Source: Asterionella formosa
Taxonomy: Eukaryota
Reading direction: 5' to 3'
Assembly: GCA_002256025.1 (NCBI GenBank)
Contig: NKIB01015205.1
Coordinates: 1-37,713 of the forward strand
Length of the DNA stretch: 37,713 bases
Numbering within the stretch: position 1 is the stretch's first letter; every line of letters begins with the position of its first letter. Position numbers and translations under genes: made by a program. Positions 1 to 10,833 of the stretch are shown piece after piece. The notes beneath the pieces are model-generated. The model was not told the origin of the DNA and searched no databases. It was given only the letters and a program-made list of their open reading frames with translations.

Positions 1-2
1 TA

Positions 3-650
3 CCGTATACTTCATTGTCCTGGACCCCCCAATGTACACTGCCGTGACTGAATTTGACTGATTTTACTTAAGGGGGGCCCAGGACAATGAAGAGATTTCC
101 CTTATAATGGACCTAAGTAAACTTCTTTAGTTCTACAGGATAGCGCACATTTTTCTAAGATGTATTAATATGACAATTATTTCCGTCTTGTGAAAAATGA
201 GAGAGTTCTTCACCTCGCAAGAAAAACGCGACTTCATGTTGTTATCGGCGATCTCAATTTTCGTTGTCATTATTAGTGTTATTACTTTACTTCTTTTACG
301 ATTGTATTTTCCATGTCATTCTTAATACAGGTAGCAAGTAGCAAAGCGTCGTTCTCTATTTTCGTGGAGATAATTGGTATTTTCGTCATGGTCAAGGTTG
401 CGACAACATCATGAAGGATTCTCCAGCTGCTCACAGCCACTACCTGTCGTCTCTTGTGTTTTGTATGTACAAAAGAATCGCAAAATGGTAGCTAAATTAT
501 TACATACTAGTGCCTACGAGGACAAAAAGAATTATGGCACGTTACTTTGTCTATGACAAGAAAATTATTGGGTGTTTGGTTCCACCTCGAGAAAAATGTA
601 CAGGGGGGTCCAGCAACCATAGGGGGGGTCCAGGACAATGAAGTATACGG
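3..650 (+). mobile_element. Non-autonomous Tc1/mariner-pogo element (MITE) with 28-bp TIRs and TA target-site duplication
   Basis: TA|CCGTATACTTCATTGTCCTGGACCCCCC (1-30) is the exact reverse complement of 623-652. TA lies on both flanks. Partial TIR copies are at 72-91 and 602-613. It keeps the first ~14 codons of a transposase (ATG 197, MREFFTSQEKRDFM), homologous to 29052 on the minus strand. Confidence 0.9.
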
Positions 651-652
651 TA

Positions 653-1770
653 TCTACCACCAGAGAAGATATTGCCAATGATTCAAGTATAGATTCCGAA
701 TTATCCCCTTCCCCTTCGGCTGCTTTTTCATTCCCAGTCCCTGCCGATATTTTATTGGATGAGGATTATTATGAAAAGTCCCAGATTATCATTAAAAAAC
801 GCGGATGACCCCCCAGGCAAGGAAAATAATATAAAAAATGCTGCAACTGCTCCCAAATATATTAAGAAGCACAGCACAGACTACCGAGTAATTAATGTCT
901 TCTTTGATGAGAAACATCGTCAAGATATTTTGGATCTTGGGAATACACCAACTATGAGTGCGCTGGATGCAAGGAAATTTCCCCATAAAGCTGTTTGGGA
1001 CAAGTTATTGGATACCTACATGGACATAGACAATGATACAGTTGGATCCATGACCTTCTTACACAACCAGTTTGAATACCACGGAATTGATTTTAACTAT
1101 CCCCTCACTTTGATATGTTGGATAGCAATTTTTTTCAGAAGTTATGGAATTTCTAAATGCGCATTACAAGATCTGTTTCAATACTAACAAAGTTTCCGGT
1201 CAACATGATAATTTCGATAATTTCACTCAAAACCGGCCTTATTGTTTGTACTATCATTTATGGATTCAACAGGTAACATATTTCCGTGCTACACAGTACC
1301 AAGTTTAAGTGATGGTGTTGCTATGGACAGTCTAATTCATGTTCCTGTGGAGGATGATGTTGCCAAGCTCCCTGTTCAACGAAGAAAAGGGAGAAATTTG
1401 GCAGCAATGAGTTTGAAAATACGTCCAAACAAGTGGTTGAATCTCTTCAAGAATTTTCAAAAGCAAATGAACGCCGTACACAAATGATAATAGCCTCTCA
1501 AAGTTCCAATGCAGAATTTGCATGCGCAAGTTTTGTTGTAAAACCAGAGAAGGAACTAATGGATATTGTACATATGTACCGCGAAAAGTTAAAAGAAGCT
1601 CGTGCTGAAGTAGCAGGCAATGAAGTGTAACAAAAATGTAATGGTAAAGAGTATCAAGAGAATGTCAGTTTTGTTGAATTTTTTAAAGCCAAACTTTTTG
1701 AAGCCATGGATGCACTGACAAAGAATTCTGTAGCTATCATCCAGACAGCTGAGGATGATTCTAATCATAA
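653..1770 (+). pseudogene. Degenerate PIF/Harbinger accessory (Myb/SANT-like) ORF
   Basis: Broken ORFs 759-1187, 1242-1487 and 1433-1630. The motif YRVINVFF...LDARK...VWDKL resembles stramenopile Harbinger-associated proteins. It converges on a Harbinger transposase, as in two-ORF Harbingers. Confidence 0.5.
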
Positions 1771-1824
1771 TTGGTATATTTCTACTTTTAAATCAAATTT
1801 CTTCCAGTTATTTTAGTCTGTATG

Positions 1825-3960
1825 CTACATTAATCCTATTTCAGTCAGCTCACGTTGTCGGCGCAACACATTAGCTGGAGGCCGCCAAAACGCATTGTTG
1901 GTGACAACTTCAAGGATAATTTGCCGAATCTGTGAAGTACCTTGTACTACATCCAACTTCCTGACAGTTGGAAGATAAGCCCACCCAAGAGGAGCATTGG
2001 GCATTGGATCAACAAGCTCCAAACTAGTAGTCAGAAATTCCATTCCATTTGCAAGTTCTTTCTTTTTATCATCATCCAAAAGTAGTCAAAAGCTGTGTAA
2101 GCGGGCACAAACAGAAAGAACTGCAACTGATTTCTTCAGGCTGAAGGACACCAAAAATGTCCTCAGGATCCACCATTGATTGGTGAGCAACCCGAAAGTC
2201 ATCTCATATGTTAACCTCATTTTTTAAGCGCCTCAGCAGAACTACTCTAGGATTAGTAGGGGAGCTTGCATGGCGCTTCCTGGCGCACCAAGCCTGGATT
2301 TTTTAATTGGAAAAGTTTGTAACCCGGCGCCTAGTATCAACCCAACAGTTGTGGTGACTCTAGGTGCATGTGCGCGGGGATGTAATCGTGGTGGATACAC
2401 TCTCTTGAATGAGAGTTGGAGTTTGTTGTTGTGGTGTCGAAATGCTATGATTAAAAGTCAGTCTCCAGCCTTGGGTTTTAACCGGTGAAGAAAGGTGTGA
2501 TCTTGGTTTTTGAGCGAAAAGTATTTTCGGCCACGCTGAGGTTTGGGGAATGTCTTGAGCTTGAGACTTGTGGGGAAGTGTGCTGTAAAATTGATTTGAA
2601 TACTTTTGTCCTTTTTAGGCCATTTTGACTGACTCTTCAAAGAGGAAATCTGCTTTTTCTAGAAATTTATTTTTCTTTCCCAGATTTGCCTTCATTAGAT
2701 CTGGCAAGAGCTGGAAAAACAGGTGAGAATCCCAGGTGTGTATTGTGTGCTGTTTGAGATAGAGTTGCTTGATTTTTTCATCATATCATGCTGAATGTAG
2801 TATATCCCCATGCTGTCGTTTTTGAAGAGTCTCGTTCCTTTCCTCCCATGTTTTCAATACTAAGCTCCAAATTTGGGAGATTGCGTTTTTAGTCCAGTTC
2901 TGTAACTGAGAATCCGTCATTTCTTGTTTGGGGTGAGATAATATGACCTCACTCCACCTTTTGGTGCCCAAAACAAATATCAATTCTAATGTTTAGTTGT
3001 GAAAGGAAATAGTTGTATGCATCTTTTTTTGTTGATTCCCTTTGACTTCCAACAAATGGACAGAGCACTTGATCAGTCAATGTGTAAGCAGCATCACCTT
3101 CTATGTATTGTCCTGGACGAAAGTTGGATACAATCCTCTGAAAAAGCTGTGTTCTTTCAAATGCCTTCTGAGCGATCTGGACATTTTCCTGGTGCCACGA
3201 CACCAAAGTATAGGAAACAACAATTACTAATGCAAACAGCTTGAACATTCAATGCATGTGACATATAATGCCCAGACCAAAATTCTTGAGGGAAACCATC
3301 ACAATCCCTTTTTCTTGGTTTGTTAATAGGCTGTAAATACCCATCTATAGCACCAACACATCCACGAAATAGTTGCTGCTCGTTTTTTCAAGAAATCAAT
3401 CCATTCATCACGGTTTGTTTCTCCTTGTTTGTTGCTGGAAATTGAATTGATAGTGCTGGGCAAGAGTCCACAGCATCAAGGAATGTTTGAGTTATTGCAT
3501 AAAGAGATGGATAAGAAACTCCATAGACATGATGAATGTCTATGAGTTTTCCGCCTGCAAGCCAGCAAAGTCCGATGGCAAGGATCAACTCAGGATAAAT
3601 ATGCCGATTTGTGCTGTATAAACCGGAACTTGCATTTGATTTGACAACATTAACTGTGAAAGAAGGTCGAAGTAGTTCCAGTAGGTGATTGAAAGCTTGA
3701 AGGGACATGCAATATTCATGATGAAACCTATTCTCATGAAGAAGCTGTGTGACATGATCATTCCAGTCAAGTTGTTGATTCTCCCCTTTTGCTGATCGCA
3801 CAGACTTCGAGTTTTGTGTATAGTATGACTCCAAAAATGATAATGCAACTGCTGCAAGAAACAGAAACCTCTGTTGTTCTTCTTCTATTTCCTGTTCTAG
3901 ATCAAGATTGGCAATGACAGCCCAACTGTCAGGTTCTTCCAGTTGATTTGTCATTGTCAT
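1825..3960 (-). pseudogene. PIF/Harbinger (DDE_Tnp_4-type) transposase pseudogene, interrupted by a LINE fragment
   Basis: Motifs FHHEYCMSLQAF, LAIGLCWLAGG, GCVGAIDG (~3345-3366), GDAAY and YNYFLSQL. The C-terminal EMTFGLLTNQW...CARLHSF...RPPANVLR lies at 1825-2220. Stops and frameshifts are present. Confidence 0.85.
2220..2966 (-). mobile_element. 5'-truncated non-LTR retrotransposon (LINE) 3' fragment
   Basis: ORF 2786-2983 has the W-x-IW-x-W-x-RN pattern (WTKNAISQIWSLVLKTWEERN) typical of LINE ORF2 C-termini. It ends on the minus strand in ...GTAGTTCTGCTGAGGCGCTT plus an A6 tail at 2220-2225, where transposase sequence resumes. Confidence 0.55.
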
Positions 3961-4173
3961 TTCAGTGATGATGATGGTCAGACAGGTTGTATAATTGAAT
4001 TGCACATCACTAATATTTTTGCTGTTTTGAGAGTCTGATGCACATGTTGGTGGAGACACGAAAAATGGCAAACTGTTTTACCATTACTGAGATATATTTG
4101 TGAACTGTATCTCTGAAGCAAGAGATTCATTTTTTCTGAAGATTTAATTTAATAATTAAAAAAATTATTTGTA

Positions 4174-4240
4174 TTTAGCTATCTTTATCCTAGGTATATT
4201 AAAATGCTATTTCAAGCAAAATGACCGCACCTTGCTGGTA
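4174..4240. repeat. Terminus of a TA-targeting DNA transposon family (ends ...CTTGCTGG|TA)
   Basis: About 65 bp similar to 35724-35787 (TTTAGCTAT..TTTATCC...AAGCAAAATGACCGCA.CTTGCTGGTA). Confidence 0.6.
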
Positions 4241-4338
4241 AAGGTCCCCAATCTGACATCGATTTCTTGCTTCCTAGCCAAGATACCTCTCGCCACTGTT
4301 GGCGACCATTTACGAAGCAGAATTGGTGTCCAAGAAGC

Positions 4339-6177
4339 ATGCCGCAAGACAAGCTGAAGCTTCGTATCTTTCATGTGAACGATGTCTACCAACTAGACCT
4401 ATTCCCCAATTTCAAGACTTTGGTCGAGAGCAACAAAGGAGACGCCGACAGAGTATTGATAGTGTTAGCAGGTGACTTCCTAGGTCCTTCTTTGTTGAGT
4501 TCATTGGATAAAGGCCGAGGCATGGTGGATACCATGATGAGGTGTGGGTTCACGCATGTCTGCTTTGGGAATCACGAGACAGATGTCCCAACAGAAGCTA
4601 TTGCCGATCGGGTACGTCAATCAAATTTCGTGTGGCTGAATACAAACATGAGGGAGTTGGATGAAAAAATTGACGTAGATACAAGCCCTCATGATGTAAT
4701 CACAGTTAGCAACGGAACATATTCAAAACGAGTAGGTCTGTTGGGACTTTTGACAGAAGATCCTTCTTTGTACAGGCCTGGAAGTTTTGCTGGAGCTGCT
4801 ATCGAACCAGTCTTGGTATGTACCGAAAATTATCTAAGGGATAAAATGCCAAAGGACTGCGATCTCATGATTCCGTTGACTCATCAACGCATGCCTGAAG
4901 ATCGCGATTTCGCCAACAAGTTCACTGGGTCAACGTTCCCACTAATCCTTGGGGGCCACGACCATGATGCCTACGACGAGATTTGCAGCGACTCTCGTAT
5001 CTATAAATGCGGGTATGACGCATTGTTTACAGGGATTATTGACATTGTTTGGGATATTTCAAATGGTAACCTTGCCGAAATTCCAAGGATTGATGTTCGT
5101 CTGGAAGACACCTCGTCCTACAAACCTGATCCCGAAATTGAAAAGTATGTCAATGCTCATCTCTGCATTCTTGAGGAATTGAATAAAGCTAAGCTCTTTC
5201 GGTTCGGGAATTGGATGGACGAAGCAGACGAAAATTCCATGTTCAGCACGTACAATAATCGTTTGGGGCCTTCGAACGGAACTACTATTCTCGCGTCAAT
5301 AATTCGCATGGGCTTAAGGACTCAATGTAGTATTATCAACGCAGGTACGATTCGTGGCAACAAAATATATAACCCTAGGGAGCATGAATGGTTTACATGG
5401 TCAGATTTAAAGGCGGAGATCCCCTTTCCAACAGAAATGGTAGCCATAGAGATCCCTGGTCAGGTTCTATCTGATACTATTGCATACGGCCGTATTGCGA
5501 ACTTAGGCACAGGTGGATACATTCATCACTGCGACGCTATTAAGTGGGATTTTGAGAAGAATTGTATCAAAACAATTCGAGGTGCACCCTTGGTTGCTGA
5601 TCAGATGTATTTGACAGCGTTACCAGCCAAAGCTTTCATGGGACTAGACAATCTCACTCCCCTCTTGGAATGGGCAGAAACCCAACCTTGTCTTGCCTGT
5701 AACGAGGAAAGTGGCCGACCGGCTAAGATTCTAATGGTAGAAATGTTTGCTGCGCTCTTATGGTTGGAAATGGGTTCTTTCGAACAAATCGACACGGACG
5801 GTGATGGAATCTTGACCAGAGACGAAGTCAATCGACAGGCTGCCGCAGTCTTTGGTGAGGAAGTTGCTGACTTGGTCATGGAGAGTATAATGAATGTTGC
5901 CGACTTAAACCGCACTGGAACTATTTCACAGTTGGACATGATGGTGGTTCGATTTGTGGCAACGGATATGATTAATCATGTTTGTACTCATGAAGAACTT
6001 GGCGTCATGCAAACCGTTGTAGAGGAGGTAATGGGTTCTCGTCCATCGTACGCAGATGTTAGGAGGGTTATCAGTGAACTTCGAAATACTTTAGATTTAT
6101 CAGGTGACGGCAAGATTGATCGAGGAGAGGCCATGCAAGCGATTGGTGAAATTAGTAAACGAAGTTTGCTTTCGTGA
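4339..6177 (+). CDS. 5'-nucleotidase/apyrase-family metallophosphoesterase with C-terminal EF-hands
   Basis: Metallophosphoesterase motifs HVNDVY, AGDFL, GNHETD, LTHQ and GGHDH. The 5'-nucleotidase C-domain motif INAGTIRG follows. EF-hand loops DTDGDGILTRDE, DLNRTGTISQLD and DLSGDGKIDRGE. First ATG is at 4339 (4267 is TTG). Confidence 0.88.
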   Translation: MPQDKLKLRIFHVNDVYQLDLFPNFKTLVESNKGDADRVLIVLAGDFLGPSLLSSLDKGRGMVDTMMRCGFTHVCFGNHETDVPTEAIADRVRQSNFVWLNTNMRELDEKIDVDTSPHDVITVSNGTYSKRVGLLGLLTEDPSLYRPGSFAGAAIEPVLVCTENYLRDKMPKDCDLMIPLTHQRMPEDRDFANKFTGSTFPLILGGHDHDAYDEICSDSRIYKCGYDALFTGIIDIVWDISNGNLAEIPRIDVRLEDTSSYKPDPEIEKYVNAHLCILEELNKAKLFRFGNWMDEADENSMFSTYNNRLGPSNGTTILASIIRMGLRTQCSIINAGTIRGNKIYNPREHEWFTWSDLKAEIPFPTEMVAIEIPGQVLSDTIAYGRIANLGTGGYIHHCDAIKWDFEKNCIKTIRGAPLVADQMYLTALPAKAFMGLDNLTPLLEWAETQPCLACNEESGRPAKILMVEMFAALLWLEMGSFEQIDTDGDGILTRDEVNRQAAAVFGEEVADLVMESIMNVADLNRTGTISQLDMMVVRFVATDMINHVCTHEELGVMQTVVEEVMGSRPSYADVRRVISELRNTLDLSGDGKIDRGEAMQAIGEISKRSLLS

Positions 6178-6294
6178 AGTAAGTAGAACATCATTAAACA
6201 TAATTTAGCGTTTGGACGGTCATAAATATGTAAACCGTGCAATTTTCCGCATTAAATAAGACGTCGTGTGGATCACACCGAATGATACTGGCTT

Positions 6295-7659
6295 TCATAT
6301 TTCTGTGCCATTCTCCTCGCTAAAGTCATCACTAGCATCGATTGCAAATTGCACCAATTCAGCCTCCGTCAAAAGCTGTTCTCTAACAAAGTCCGAAGCT
6401 TGGGCCGTTGTGTTAGAATAAACAAGTTCCATTCGCCTTTCTGGCATCAAGGAAGCGAGATAAATGATAAAAATGGCTTCTTGTGCAGTAAGATTGATGG
6501 TTCTGGTAAGATTCGAACGACAATTGGTGCAGGTTTCATTCAATTTCGGATCAAAAGATGGCTCATCAGGGATAAGAGCTTTTGCGAATTTGAAGATAGC
6601 ATCGACTTGCTTTATCTCGTCGGAATCCATAGGTTTCAGCTGCGGCTGCATCATTTCAAAAACAAACTGTGGCTTCGAGCCAGATTGCGTCCAGAAATCA
6701 ACCACTTGCTCCCACGATACTTCATTGCAATTCAAGTTAGCCAAGAACTCTTTATACATGCTTCGAACACCAGATTGGGCATGAGTGCATCGGAGCAGAA
6801 TAGATACCGGCATGCGCGGCGTATGGTTGTCACCTTGAAAAGTTAACAAAACATAGCCTCTACTTCTGTTGGTCGCTGGATCGACAGGTTGCATCGCATC
6901 GAAAAGCGTTTCTAATTGAACCCAGTGTGCTCCGTACTTGAAGCGCGCTGTGTCTAGAATCAAAACTCGATCGGAGTCTTGATCATACGCAGCAATCGGA
7001 GAAAAGTGTCCCGTTCCAGTCTGCCCCAAGATCTGGCGATCGTAGCTTACCACCAGAAACGGATCAGGCAGTTTCGTCTCAGCCTCGTCGCCTTCTACAC
7101 AAGCTAACTTGACGGCTTCTCGGAAAAAATCTACGGCGCTGTCTTCTGCGTGATGGGTTTCCACTTGCAAGCCTTGACACCTTGCTAGACAGGTAAACGT
7201 TTTGATGGTGATGCCTGTTTGCTTTACTCCTTCCAAATCCATACAGCAATTTAACATTGGCTCTGAATACCACCTCCAGGGTCCTTTCCAAATGCGCCGT
7301 GGATCAACTGCAAGCGCATTCAAGACAATCACCAACGTCGAAATCCCGCAAAAAGCAGGTTCCGACTGCGTCGTAAACTGCTCCATGAGTGGAAAGAATG
7401 ACTTCAAGCCGCGATGCAATAGCGCCGATTCAAAATACTTACGTCCCTCCTTGGACGAGAGCGCAGTGCAGGACGAGGGGAGAGGGCGCCGATAAAAAGT
7501 GACGCGAGGTTTGTCCATTTCCAAGTTTGATGTCATTTCAGGATAAGAGCCGAGAGTACTGGTAATACTGCGAGTGAGGGACCACGGCGGGAATGAGTTG
7601 GCGACGAATGGAAGGATTGACAGGGTGACAAGAAAATGTGACGAGGAGACAGCTAGCAT
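6295..7659 (-). CDS. PCS: Phytochelatin synthase (glutathione gamma-glutamylcysteinyltransferase)
   Basis: FYRRPLP, TQSEPAFCG (catalytic Cys), WKGPWRWY, GHFSPI (His) and LILDTARFKY (Asp). The start is placed at MLAVSS (7659), which begins a signal-peptide-like segment. Confidence 0.93.
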   Translation of the reverse strand: MLAVSSSHFLVTLSILPFVANSFPPWSLTRSITSTLGSYPEMTSNLEMDKPRVTFYRRPLPSSCTALSSKEGRKYFESALLHRGLKSFFPLMEQFTTQSEPAFCGISTLVIVLNALAVDPRRIWKGPWRWYSEPMLNCCMDLEGVKQTGITIKTFTCLARCQGLQVETHHAEDSAVDFFREAVKLACVEGDEAETKLPDPFLVVSYDRQILGQTGTGHFSPIAAYDQDSDRVLILDTARFKYGAHWVQLETLFDAMQPVDPATNRSRGYVLLTFQGDNHTPRMPVSILLRCTHAQSGVRSMYKEFLANLNCNEVSWEQVVDFWTQSGSKPQFVFEMMQPQLKPMDSDEIKQVDAIFKFAKALIPDEPSFDPKLNETCTNCRSNLTRTINLTAQEAIFIIYLASLMPERRMELVYSNTTAQASDFVREQLLTEAELVQFAIDASDDFSEENGTEI

Positions 7660-8391
7660 TGGGAGCGCGGAACATACGCGGAGACAGGGGTCTGCACTGA
7701 CTGTCAAAGTCCAAACCTCTTGTCGAGGAGGTGGAAAGCCAAGTGATGGGGAACGACGAAGCAACCATGGAATGAGCAACGAATGACAACAGTTCGATAC
7801 GTCGCATACCGGAATGTTCTGGGATACCCGAATGACATGAATACCGGTGTAGCCGTAAGTCAGATACCGGTACTTGAATGTACCAGGTACCAGAGTACCA
7901 GGTACCAGGTAGAAGGTAGTGACCATCACCAGCAGGTTCCCTATGTATTTGATGCCTGGTCACCAGGGTACTGGTACCCTGGTACTGAACCTACCGGTAG
8001 AACTACACTGGCCCAGGTGCACTCTGCAATGTTCTACATTGAGTACCGAATATTAAATATAATTGTACACGTCTTTGACATAAATTAGTAGAAGTGTATG
8101 TAAGCAAGACAATTTATGCACTGTGGTAATTGATGAAAATCGTTGCTACATGCAGAACTGGATTCGATGATTGTGGTATGTATGTATGCACTATGCGCTG
8201 TTTGCAAATGAATGACAAGGAGCGAGCGATGTGATCCCAAGCTATCAATAGCCATTACAGAAAATACGGGGCCCTTTCCTTGCTCCTGTCCCTGACAAAG
8301 TTCCCCACATACCCGATCAATCCGCTGCACATTTCTAAATAGAGTTCGTTTGATCCTTGCCTCACTGTTGGTAGCCTAGCAAGTGTCAGAA

Positions 8392-9483
8392 ATGAGAATC
8401 TTCTCTGTCGCTGCCTTCTTCATTCCGTTGGCCACTGCCTTTAGCGCCAGTGCAATCGATTCAGCACCCGCTCGTCCGACCACCAAGGATGTAGTCAACA
8501 AGGTCGCAGTTGCGGGTGCCACTGGCCGAACCGGACGCTATGTTGTCGAGGAATTGTTGTCTAGAGGCGTCAACGTGGTGGCAATGGTCCGTGATCTCGA
8601 CAAGGCCAACGACGTGCTCAAGGACCTGCCAAACTTGCAGATTGTCCAATGTGATTTGACACAGAGAGATCAAATTAAATCTCATGTCACTGGATGCGAT
8701 GCTGCCATTTGGTGTGCTACTGGCTTTAGTGATGCTCCTAAAGACACCCTCTGGAGCAAGATCAAGAAACGCTTTGGCGTTGCCTCTGAGTCACAACCGC
8801 CACAGTCCATTGATGCAGTGGGGGTTCCTGCACTTGCGGAATGCTTCTCATCGGAGATAAATGGAGATTCGAGCAGATACCCTAAGGTAGTCATGTTGAG
8901 TTCTGCTGGAGTGACCCGACCAAGTTGGAGTGCCGAACAAAAGGCCATGTTTCCTGGATCAGCCGACATTCCCATCGTGAGATTGAATCCTTTTGGCATC
9001 CTCGATATCAAGGCAGAGAGCGAACAGAAGCTGCGGCAATCTGGCGTCGAATATTGCATCATTCGACCTTGTGGTTTGAACGACAAGTGGCCGACTGGTT
9101 CTCGACCAATCTTTAGCCAAGGTGATATCGCAGTGGGCCGTATTCATAGAAAGGATCTGGCCACTCTGTTGGTCGATGCCTTATCAACCCCGGAAGCAGT
9201 CGGAAAGACCTTTGAAGCCATGACTCTGGCTGGATACCCTCCGGCAACGTCGATTGGACCCGCACTGGAGATGTTTGTTTTGGATAAAGAAGGCGGTCCA
9301 TCCATTGAGCAACTTGCAGCCACATACTCAGCTATGCAGCAGTTACTTCCTGGAGAAAATCAAGATTCTTCTGGTTTGGCTCTTGGTCAAACATATGAAC
9401 AGCTTGACAAAGGCCAAGAAGGTCGATTTGGACAAAAAGGAGAGGAAAGGATTGGAGAAATTCCTATGCGGCCGTCATCTTAA
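8392..9483 (+). CDS. Plastid-targeted NAD(P)-binding atypical SDR (NmrA/Tic62-like Rossmann fold)
   Basis: VAVAGATGRTG, SSAGVTRP, IIRPCGL, GRIHRKDLA and GKTFE motifs. The N-terminus MRIFSVAAFFIPLATA-FSA matches an ASAFAP-type cleavage site. Confidence 0.88.
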   Translation: MRIFSVAAFFIPLATAFSASAIDSAPARPTTKDVVNKVAVAGATGRTGRYVVEELLSRGVNVVAMVRDLDKANDVLKDLPNLQIVQCDLTQRDQIKSHVTGCDAAIWCATGFSDAPKDTLWSKIKKRFGVASESQPPQSIDAVGVPALAECFSSEINGDSSRYPKVVMLSSAGVTRPSWSAEQKAMFPGSADIPIVRLNPFGILDIKAESEQKLRQSGVEYCIIRPCGLNDKWPTGSRPIFSQGDIAVGRIHRKDLATLLVDALSTPEAVGKTFEAMTLAGYPPATSIGPALEMFVLDKEGGPSIEQLAATYSAMQQLLPGENQDSSGLALGQTYEQLDKGQEGRFGQKGEERIGEIPMRPSS

Positions 9484-9750
9484 CATAATGGTTATTTGTT
9501 TGATCCAGTTTAGTGCTATAGCGACAACAGAAACCAGAATATTCAATGCGCCTTTTTAAATGATAGCTTCGGGGAGAAAGTCATCGTTTAAGTGTCTGAC
9601 AGGTTAATGTCCTAGCTTTTTAGCTAAATTATAGCAGTACATGGTATGTAGAACAAAGACCACACGCTATTTATTATGGCCATTAGCAGTAATACGATTG
9701 CCTTGCTTCCTTATTATATTTAGTCAGGAGGCATCCGTATAGACGTATTT

Positions 9751-10235
9751 TTATGCTGCATCACCAACAAGATAAAAACCAGAATCAAATAATGCAGTTT
9801 TGTTGGGTAGAGCAGTTCTCTCAAATGCAACTTGATCACTGCATCGTCCAGGAGCAATCACCCCAAAAAATATAAATCTACTCTCAACATCACAGATAGC
9901 CTGAACATTGATACCATAAGTCATGTAATGTCCAGAATAAAAAGCTCCTGGATTGTTTCCACAGTCACGTAGCGTGGGGCGACTAATTGTGGCTAATAAA
10001 CCATCAATAGCACCAACACACCCTCTGATCAACCCTTCTGTGCTCTTTTGTTCAAAGGCTATAGCCAATTTCACCAAATCACTCCTTGTTTTAGGAAATA
10101 TAATTTTCAGATAATCACAGTTAAGCACGGCTTCAAGAAATAAATCTCGGCATCTATAGATTGAAGCTATGCTACATCCATAGGCATGACGAACGTCAAT
10201 GTAGCTGCCTCCAGCCAACCATCGAATACAATGGA
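9751..10235 (-). pseudogene. PIF/Harbinger transposase fragment (same clade as 1825-3960)
   Basis: IRWLAGGSYIDV, GCVGAIDG, FYSGHYMTYGINVQAICD and YLVGDAA followed by a stop. Confidence 0.85.
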
Positions 10236-10721
10236 TGGACCCATGAACACTATGTGACAAACTTGTTTCTTTTTTCGCCTGATGGAAAAATTCGCTGCTC
10301 ATACTATTTCAATGCACCTGGTGTTCTACATGACTCCACCATGGCAATTTGGTCATCGATCTATGATCAGATTGAAACAGTTTACAGGGATACAGGCAAA
10401 AAAGTAGTTGTGGATTCAGCATTTGCATCTAAAAAATCAAATGAAATGTTGAAATCGCATCAAAATAATGTTGATGCAAATGGTAATCCTCGACAAAGAT
10501 TTGGTATGAATCGCCAAGCCACCTGAATCCAACAGCTGTCGGAATGGGGAATGCGATGCCTTCAGGGATCATTTCCAAGAATCAAAGACAAATTTCGTTA
10601 TGAAGAAAAAGGTGAGAGAAAATTAATTCTCCAAATGATTGTATTGCTCTACAATTTTCGTGCTAGCAAAGTTGGTCAGAACCAAATTGCTTCAGTGTAT
10701 ATGCCCTATTTGCTTGCATAG
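10225..10721 (+). pseudogene. C-terminal half of a second-clade PIF/Harbinger DDE transposase
   Basis: YNGWTHEHYVTNLFLFSPDG, NAPGVLHDS and VVVDSAF, then a stop at 10524-10526, then SEWGMRCLQGSFPRIK...LYNFRASKVGQNQI. Confidence 0.85.
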
Positions 10722-10833
10722 GAATGCAAATAGAAATGCCATGTAATTCAAAGAAATTATTCCTTCATGATTATTTAGCACCACTTCTTTCACATTATTT
10801 TAGAATGAATTAATTTAAAGTTATTCATCATCA

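Noticed and set aside
7660..7929. 90-aa N-terminal extension of the PCS ORF
   Set aside because: It runs through the TACC/GGTA promoter cluster (LVPGTLVPGT), and a signal peptide begins at the ATG at 7659.
4339..9483. Nucleotidase, PCS and SDR as a functional gene cluster
   Set aside because: The sequence shows adjacency only; no shared pathway can be supported.
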